From positions 130,102,427 through 130,135,704 of the forward strand of contig NC_068983.1 of the NCBI RefSeq assembly GCF_001194135.2: DNA of 33,278 bases. Reading direction: 5' to 3'. This document shows, one piece after another, positions 25,490-33,278 of this stretch. The DNA comes from Octopus bimaculoides (taxonomy: Eukaryota). The notes under the pieces were generated by a model. The model was given only the letters and a program-made list of their open reading frames with translations, was not told where the DNA came from and did not search any database. The position numbers and the translations under genes were made by a program. Every line of letters begins with the position of its first letter. Position 1 is the first letter of the stretch.

Positions 25490-26631
25490 CTCTTGCGAAG
25501 TGATGCATTTTTACGCCTCCGTCATGTTTTTCATAACTACATCTGTAAAATGTTTTGTTTTAAGAATTTTATTTATTAGGAGGAACACAAAATTGTCGCA
25601 GGGAGCAAAATCTGGCAAATGGGGGTGCAAAGTAGATCATGTCTTTTTTTGGCAAAAAACTGTCTCAAAATCAATGTGCTGTGTGCAAGCGTATTGTTGT
25701 GAGGAAAGCAACATTCTCGCCTTTGCACTGATTGGTGTGCTTTCGTCACTCCGCGTCTAGGAATTGAATCAGAACTGCCAAGTAAAATGGCTGGTTAACA
25801 GTTCGACTAGGTGGAACAAAATTTGTGCGGACAATTCCTGTCGCATTGATGAAGAAAATCACTATCGTCTTCACACTCGACTTCACATGATGCGCCTTTG
25901 AGGTCGTGGTGACATCGATTATTTGCATTGAGACGATTACTGCTTCGATTCCGGATTGTAGCCGTAACACCAGCTTTTATCACCAGTGATGATCTCAGAA
26001 AAAAAGACTCGAATCAACTTCCAGCTGTTCTTTCAGTTCACGACACGCATTCAATCGAGACTGCTTTTTCTCTTTGATGAGCAAGTGACGAACAAATTAT
26101 GGTGCAACTCATTTAATTTGCAATTCCTTGCTCTCAATTCGTCAACAAGAGCTGCACATCACACTAATCATATCAACAAGTTCAGCAATTGCTCGGCGAT
26201 GGTCAGTTTATGAATTTTTGTGTTATTTTTGTTCGTTTAGAAGATCGAAGGTCACCTTGAACGAAAGACGTGACCATTCCTAAAGCGGGATAACAACTCT
26301 TAAACTTGTGTTTGCTAATGGCATCTTCTTCGTAAGATTTGGAAGCAAGACGACTGTTTCCGCCGCCATGTTCTCGGGCAGAGAGCAGAACTTCATGGAA
26401 GCTCGCTGTTCTTTCGTTTCAGCCACCGCTGCCACCGCAATGATCGATAAACAAGGGAGACGCACAGCCAAACAAAGGCACACAACTGACAGTACGGTGT
26501 CACCTAAGGATGCTTATCGCCAATCTGATATTTGTGGGTTGCATCAAATGACATCTAGCGGCAGAAGACTGAACTACAATACTCTTGTCTCACAGAGAAG
26601 GTCTCCGGTTGCTTTTGGGTATCCCCTCGTA
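25490..26631 (-). mobile_element. Decayed mariner (DD34D-type Tc1/mariner) DNA transposon
   Basis: The minus strand gives EQRASMKFC, IITGDKSWCYGYNPESKQ, VKSSVKTIVIFFINATGIVRTNFVPPSRTVNQPFYLAVL, HNNTLAH (about HDNA..H) and LPDFAPCD. The right end reads TA-CGAGGGGATACCCAAAAGCAACCGG, a mariner-type TIR with TA. No clear left TIR. Confidence 0.9.
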
Positions 26632-26769
26632 TTAAATAAGACATGAATGCAGTACGTTTTGGTATTAGTTTCTCTATATTACACTGTTTCATCTGCTACA
26701 AGGAATTTCAAAAGATTACATGTAAGGATTATCCTATTAGAATTGCATTCGACAGGGAAAGAAGTCTAT

Positions 26770-26883
26770 GAGACAAGTTTACATTGAAATGAAGCATTCA
26801 TGAAACACGCGTGATAGAGACAAATTTATATTGAGACAAATTTACATTGAGTTAAAGCATTCATGAAACATGCGTGATAGAGA
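26770..26883 (+). repeat. Tandem duplication, two 51-bp units (46/51 identical), period 63
   Basis: 26770-26820 vs 26833-26883, with an intervening partial GAGACAAATTTATATT unit. Confidence 0.95.
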
Positions 26884-28045
26884 ATACATATCAAAAGTGT
26901 TCAATTTTCCTGTTTCGTCATATATGTATGTGTATTTCAATACAGAGCAACTAATTCACGAGAAAATACTTGCGAATATATCACTGACTCTATGTATCTG
27001 TAAGCAGTTTTACACTTTTCTGATTCATCGCTTAAAATTAATAGACAGCATGTATATCTTTCCATTCATTCCATATGTATATGCCTGCAGCAGTCTGTAT
27101 AGAAACCACTTAATGATTCATTAATTAAGAACATGAATGAATATTAAACTAATTCTATATTATCTTCAATTTTAGTGCTTATAATTGTTATATACAAAAC
27201 TTTTACCTAATTTGGTTATATCATTTTAGGAGCGGTCTTTATAGAAGCTACCTAATAGTTCGTTAATTATGTACCCGAATGGATATTAAACTGACCCTAT
27301 ATAATCTTCCTTTTTAATGTTTATGATCGATATGTTCATATCCTTTATCTGTCTTGGTTATGATGTGATTTTTGGAATTCTTACATTATATTTATGTACA
27401 ACATATCTCTATATTTCTATACAACGTATTTCTATACAACATAACTAATGTTTATAAAAATTCCCCCATGATGTCCCGAATAAAATGTTATCTATATTAA
27501 CATCTTAGGTTTCTTAGTGTCTTGTCCCATTAACTGGTAGCTAACATCATGATTTAAAGCCTAACCCCTTTCCCCGCCCGCTGCTTATTTTCATAGACAG
27601 TTACTTATATCACGCTGACTCCACCTAATGTCTTATTTACTCCCGGGGAAAGGGTGGCATAAGATAATATTTATGCCCATACCTAGCCGTGAGCTGTCAA
27701 CTCACAATTATCCTTTATTCAAAATAGACACAGTCTTCCAGTTTCAGATCTAGTAGGTAATATAGAGATAAATGAATTAGAAATGAATTAAAACCCTCGA
27801 TTCTTAAACGTTGTATATGAGAAAAATTATATTAATGTGTCCTACGTCTTAAAATTCCTTTTATTTATTTGTGCAGTTGAAGATAGCATTGCATTTAATT
27901 TAATGTAATGATTGCATTAAATAGAAGCGCTTCAAACAGTCGTACTGCATTACTACTTGATATTCTGTTGCTTATTGTGATATATATGTATATATACATA
28001 TATAAATACTACATACGTTAACAAAATTTAATTAAACACATTAAT

Positions 28046-28085
<40 letters not shown>

Positions 28086-29110
28086 AACATATAAATAAAT
28101 AAAAACTAATACAAATGAACACGTATTAACAGAGAATATAGGTGATACAGACACTCCCCATACACACATGCACTTACAAAAGACACAGACACATTGAAGG
28201 ACACGCATGCGTAGACACATACAATAGGAATACAAAATACAAAATGGCTGATAGTTAGCAAGGTGAGACACACATAAGAAAGAAGGAAACAAAGGACCAC
28301 TGATGAGGTCACAGAAGTGTGACGAAAGAACTCTGGCCGAAATAAGATTAAGATTAAGATTAATGTAATATNNNNNNNNNNNNNNNNNNNNNNNNNNNNN
28401 NNNNNNNNNNNNNNNNNNNNNNNNNNNNNNNNNNNNNNNNNNNNNNNNNNNNNNNNNNNNNNNNNNNNNNNNNNNNNNNNNNNNNNNNNNNNNNNNNNNN
28501 NNNNNNNNNNNNNNNNNNNNNNNNNNNNNNNNNNNNNNNNNNNNNNNNNNNNNNNNNNNNNNNNNNNATATATACTAGAATAAAGGCAGGTTTGCTTTTG
28601 CTTTTTCCTCTGTTTTTTTTTTTGTTCTATGTGTGCCATAAATATCGCCATCCGTTTAGAGAAAATGAAAGATCGCCATGAAAGATCGCTAATCACTATA
28701 CATATTTTTCTCTTCTTGTTTCTTTCTGTTTTCCTTTCTGTGGAAGAGCATAGGCTCGAAACGTTAAACACTTTGTCAATATATATATATATGAGTATTA
28801 TACGACCTCTTTGACACTCACCCTCTGTGTACGTGAACATATATATGTTTTTGTGTATAAATATATTTGAGTCGGTACATAAACACACACATATATATTT
28901 GTGTGTGTGTGTGTGTGTGCATGTGTGTATTTTGTGTGTGTGTGTGTGTGCGTGTGTGTGTGTGTGTGCGTGCGTGCATGTGTGTGTCTTAATTGAGTAT
29001 GCATGTATATAAATGGTGCCAAGAAGACAGGCACATCATTAAGGGATATGAACTGGCATAAGTGCGCGCTGGGATTTCTAACTCGATTGTTGGGCACTAC
29101 CCTTTCTCAG

Positions 29111-29151
29111 TGAGACTTGTCCGCTCGCCGCTTACCAACCTGAATGTCTAT
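29111..29151 (+). CDS. Candidate 41-nt internal exon of an unidentified gene
   Basis: Branch-point-like CTAAC at 29078-29082, acceptor CACTACCCTTTCTCAG, GTAAGT donor at 29152, and a GC-richer body. Open frames are ETCPLAAYQPECL or RLVRSPLTNLNVY. Confidence 0.4.
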
Positions 29152-30019
29152 GTAAGTTTATAAATCATTGACAGATTCGATGGTATCTAATGCACAATTA
29201 CATTCGTTGGTAACACATTTTAGAGAGAGTTTTTAGAACAGAATGTACATGCGCCTCAATGTAAATGGCTAAAACCAAAGAAAGGTTTTATATATATATA
29301 TATACATACATATATGAATGTATGTATATATATTTATATATATGNNNNNNNNNNNNNNNNNNNNNNNNNNNNNNNNNNNNNNNNNNNNNNNNNNNNNNNN
29401 NNNNNNNNNNNNNNNNNNNNNNNNNNNNNNNNNNNNNNNNNNNNNNNNNNNNNNNNNNNNNNNNNNNNNNNNNNNNNNNNNNNNNNNNNNNNNNNNNNNN
29501 NNNNNNNNNNNNNNNNNNNNNNNNNNNNNNNNNNNNNNNNNNNNNNNNNNNNNNNNNNNNNNNNNNNNNNNNNNNNNNNNNNNNNNNNNNNNNNNNNNNN
29601 NNNNNNNNNNNNNNNNNNNNNNNNNNNNNNNNNNNNNNNNNNNNNNNNNNNNNNNNNNNNNNNNNNNNNNNNNNNNNNNNNNNNNNNNNNNNNNNNNNNN
29701 NNNNNNNNNNNNNNNNNNNNNNNNNNNNNNNNNNNNNNNNNNNNNNNNNNNNNNNNNNNNNNNNNNNNNNNNNNNNNNNNNNNNNNNNNNNNNNNNNNNN
29801 NNNNNNNNNNNNNNNNNNNNNNNNNNNNNNNNNNNNNNNNNNNNNNNNNNNNNNNNNNNNNNNNNNNNNNNNNNNNNNNNNNNNNNNNNNNNNNNNNNNN
29901 NNNNNNNNNNNNNNNNNNNNNNNNNNNNNNNNNNNNNNNNNNNNNNNNNNNNNNNNNNNNNNNNNNNNNNNNNNNNNNNNNNNNNNNNNNNNNNNNNNNN
30001 NNNNNNNNNNNNNATATAT

Positions 30020-30250
30020 ATATGTATGTCTGTGTATATGTTTGTGTGTCTGTGATTGTCCCCCCAACATCGCTTGACAACCGATGCTGGTGTGTTTATG
30101 TCCCCGTAACCTAGCGGTTCGGCAAAAGAGACCGATATAATAAGAACTACGCTTACAAAGAATAAGTCCTGGGGTCGAGTTGCTCGACTAAAGGCGGTGC
30201 TCCAGCATGGCCACAGTCAAATGACTGAAACAAGTAAAAGATAATAGAGT
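30020..30250 (+). mobile_element. SINE 3' half (head probably lies in gap 29345-30013)
   Basis: Inverted homologue of 19685-19910; ends in an A-rich AAGTAAAAGATAATAGAGT tail. Confidence 0.9.
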
Positions 30251-30454
30251 ATAAATGTGTTCCAATCGATTCTTCTGTCCTTGGTGTTCTCATACTTGGG
30301 TGCCGAAATAGGTTATCATTGGTGCTTATTTCTTTTGTCTGTGGCGTTTGTTGTGCTTTCTGTATTCAGATTTTACATTTAGGATGTTATCTGTTGATTG
30401 TATAATGTTTAATTTTTCAGTAATTCAGTTTTTACATTTGTTACCGCCTCCTCT

Positions 30455-31930
30455 ATAATTTATGGCTTTTTGCAATAAGTTTCCATTCTATTCGTGCAGC
30501 TCTCATGAAAAGGACAATTTTAGATTTAATAAAGACCTACAACATAGTAAAGACCTAGAAAAATTTGTAGACGATCTTATAAAGTTAGTTAGATATGAAA
30601 AATTTAAACAAATGTCGAACAAGTTCCTAAACACATTGCAGGCATACATGGAATTTTACAAAGCATCAAAAGATATGTTTATTAAAGTAGATAAAACAAA
30701 AATTAATTATGAAGTAAACAACCAAACACAACACATTAATAACGGGCAACATATCTAAAACATTATAAAACGAACTCCACCACTTATAATTCAATTAATG
30801 CAGAAGCAAAACATGTAGCCACGAAGTTTGAAATAGAAGGCAAAGAAAATCCTATCTCATGAAACGCTTTCAGAACTCTCAAAGACCATACAATTAACTT
30901 CGCGTGAAATGCTAGATGTAGATTGAAGAATCCCACAAAAAGTGAAATGGAAATTATTACTAAATCCATATTAGATAATATTATAGGACATATGGGAGCA
31001 CACTCAAATCTTACTCAATAAATATGCAGTAATGCAACTTTTGAATGGCGTCAGAAAATAGAAAATCCCAAATGCAAATTTATAGAATACGATATCATAG
31101 AGTCCTACGCCTTGATCACTAAAAGCTTGCTTCAGAAGGCTCCTGAATTTAGTAAGACGTATGTCACTATAAGAAATACTGATACAGTATAATTATTGGG
31201 TAATTATTAGGTAAAAAAAAGAATAGAGACGAGTGGCAATAGGGAGCTATAACGGTGCTGGGATAATTGAATTTCTAGGTCTTTATATCCTAGATACCCT
31301 TCACAAAAGCAACAAAAGAAGCTAATACAGGTTTGTATAGGGGCAATGGCCTGAGAGATGTATACTATAAAAAACGGACATGATCTGAACTGAATGAGGA
31401 AAAAATTATGCAAAATATTTATCCAATTAGGCTGAAGAACCAGAATTGGTACAAATCATAAAGAAGAAGACTTCCTAGACATTAACATGGATCTTAACAC
31501 GGGAAATATTTAAACCCTACTACAAACCAAACAAGAAAGCCTCGTAAATAGATATAGGTTTAAAACACCCACCGTAGTAAATAAACGGTTAACAAAATAA
31601 GCAGGCACATTTCCAATTTATCAACCAACAAAAACACCTTTGATAGATCCGCCCATTATTATAATGCTCTTTTACAAAGGTTAAATTTCAAGAATAACTT
31701 ATACTACATTGAACCAAGTATAAATAGACCAAGAAGACGGAGAGGAAACTCTTATGGTTTAAGCCAACGTATAGCATGATTATAGCTACCAACAGAGCTA
31801 GGAAATACATAAAACTAAGAGACAACCACATTCCACATCCACGCATATACCACAAAGTCTTCGACAGAAATAGTCTTCAAGTTAACTATAGTTGCCTCCC
31901 CAAAATAGGGTCAATAATACTCAATTACAA
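30455..31930 (+). mobile_element. Decayed Penelope-like element (RT and thumb; no endonuclease visible)
   Basis: Translation gives KDMFIKVDKTKINY (about ADKT.N.Y), AFRTLKDH..NF...ARCRLKNPTKSE, FIEYDIIESY (about FD...FYP), GSYNGA, FLDINMDL and YHKVFDRNSLQVNYSCLP (about KIFNRN..KVSYSC.P), with many stops and frameshifts. Confidence 0.88.
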
Positions 31931-31974
31931 TAAATATATCCATATTAGAAACACAGTTCTATATTTAAGAAATG

Positions 31975-32081
31975 AAGAATAATGTACATTATTTATATTA
32001 TTTACATTTGACGGATATTTGTCCTCATCTTGTTTGTTGTTAACAAAAGGTTTCGGCTGGTATAACCTCCAGCCTTCATCG
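31975..32081 (-). repeat. Inverted partial terminal repeat (pLTR) of a Penelope-like element with a hammerhead-like core
   Basis: The minus strand reads cGATGA-A-GGCTGG-aggttata-CCAGCC-GAAAC, a perfect 6-bp stem II between hammerhead core motifs. It is fused head-to-head with the 5'-truncated PLE body. Confidence 0.65.
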
Positions 32082-32848
32082 TATTACTAACTCGTATCAA
32101 TTATGCATTCAAGACATCCGTATACCGCAAGCCGACGTTCATTGGACAATACTTCAATTTCAACTCCCACCATCCGTACAGTATAAAGAGAGAGATTGCT
32201 TAGTGCCTAAAACATCGAGCAATGAATATAAGTAGCAATCGTGATACCCACCACGAAGTAATGATCAAGCTCAGTAACATCCTATTAAGCAATAGCAACA
32301 CCAAAAACATACTATCTACTCCAATTATGAAGAAAAGAGAGGATGAAACCGATAAACTGTCCACAGTCTGTCTACCCTATGTGAAAGGCCTCTCCGAAAA
32401 GATACAAAAGATACACGGCCCATATGCCATCAGCACAGTATTCTAGATTAATACAACACTTCGCAGATATCTCCTTCGAGAAAATTCCCCAATAGAAGAG
32501 AATATGACCAAGAACTGCGTGCACTACATCCCATGCAGATGTGGTAGGTTATACAAAGGCGAAACATGTCACCTCCTCAAAAAAGGGGTAGAGGAACATC
32601 GCAAAACTCTGACACGAGGAAATATTGATAAATCGGGTAGAGCTGATAATGTATGAAACAATGGAGACCACCTCCCCCAACGGTATGAATTTAAAATGAT
32701 AGACAGAGAACACCACTGGAAAATACGAAACCTTAATGAAGCAGCACATATGCTCGGACACAGCAACCTCCTATGCAAACAGAGTGCAGATATGAACAGT
32801 TTATCGAAACCGGTATTAAGGAAACATTGGAGAATATTAGATTTATAA
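32081..32848 (+). mobile_element. 5'-truncated Penelope/Poseidon-like element: RT thumb plus GIY-YIG endonuclease
   Basis: A single reading frame of 256 codons with three internal stops: SVYRKPTFIGQYFNFNSHHP, CLPYVKGLSEKI, CVHYIPCRCGRLYKGETC, EEHRK, EHHWKIRNLNEAAHM. Confidence 0.93.
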
Positions 32849-32877
32849 GCCATAAAATTCATTCCATAATTGGCCAC

Positions 32878-32980
32878 GGGCATAAGGCGTATTTGTAAAG
32901 AGCGCGGACTACTAATCCCTAGATTCCAAGTTCAACTCTAGGCAGTGACCTGAATAATAATAATAATAAAAATAATAATA
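32878..32980 (+). mobile_element. tRNA-like (Pol III) module followed by an (AAT)n tract
   Basis: Degenerate A-box-like AGGCGTATTTGTA, B-box GTTCAACTC in a T-arm-like CCAAG-TTCAACT-CTAGG (4/5 pairs), then GACCTG(AAT)n. It is not a full tRNA cloverleaf. Confidence 0.6.
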
Positions 32981-33278
32981 AGTTACTCCCGCCGTTTACC
33001 CGCGCTTGGCTGAATTTCTTCACTTTAACATTCAGAGCACTGGGCAGAAATCACATCGCGTCTGTGCAGCTCGGCCGTCTACGCGATGCTCTGTTTTAAT
33101 TAGACAGTCAGATTCCCCCGGTCCGTACCAGTTCTGAGTCGGCCGAACGCCTGCCGCGCGTCGGAGTGCGACGACCGCACGACACCGCGTGAAGCGGGAA
33201 CCGAGGGCCGCGCGCACCGACGCGATGGCGAGCCCGAAGCCGTGACGCTCCACGGCGTCCCGGGTATGGAGCCGTGTT
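32981..33278 (-). rRNA. 28S rRNA: 28S (LSU) rRNA fragment: domain IV core plus GC-rich expansion segment, cut by the window edge and truncated in the helix-69 loop
   Basis: The minus strand contains the conserved eukaryotic LSU text GTGATTTCTGCCCAGTGCTCTGAATG...GTGAAGAAATTC..CAAGCGCGGGTAAACGGCGGGAGTAACT and GGGGAATCTGACTGTCTAATTAAAACAGAGCATCGCG. ORF 33032-33253 is a spurious rRNA translation. Confidence 0.97.

Noticed and set aside
31240-31260. AGCTATAACGGTGC, resembling the rRNA helix-69/I-CeuI text TAACTATAACGGTCC
   Set aside because: It is the coding sequence of the Penelope RT motif GSYNGA, so the resemblance is coincidental.
32878-32952. Functional tRNA gene
   Set aside because: Only a T-arm/B-box resemblance; no acceptor stem or clean cloverleaf, and it is followed by (AAT)n.

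Overview
Eukaryotic, AT-rich, repeat-dominated scaffold sequence with nine N gaps (about 2.8 kb in total), nearly all flanked by (AT)n or (AC)n microsatellites, which suggests a short-read assembly. The SINE-like repeats resemble families I recall from octopod cephalopods (Octopus); this comes from memory, not from a database search. I found no intact, recognisable protein-coding gene. Most long entries in the ORF track are artefacts of N runs, microsatellites, transposon antisense strands or rRNA. Supported content: a decayed R4/Dong-type (RLE) LINE, an RTE-like LINE 3' end, three Penelope-like (PLE) retroelement remnants, a decayed mariner transposon, several tRNA-derived SINE copies, many microsatellites, and a minus-strand 28S rRNA fragment at the right edge. 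The most unusual structures are: (i) a 93-nt, bulge-free, 46-bp hairpin at 12706-12798; (ii) a Penelope copy with an inverted hammerhead-like terminal repeat at its 5' end and a tRNA-like/(AAT)n module at its 3' end; (iii) the junction of that module with 28S rDNA in the helix-69 loop, 15 nt from the R2 target site; (iv) a 27-bp-TIR element with a nested insertion flanked by a 9-bp duplication. A few plus-strand exon candidates with good splice signals hint that the window lies in introns of an unidentified gene, but this is unproven. I cannot claim a new biological system from the sequence alone.
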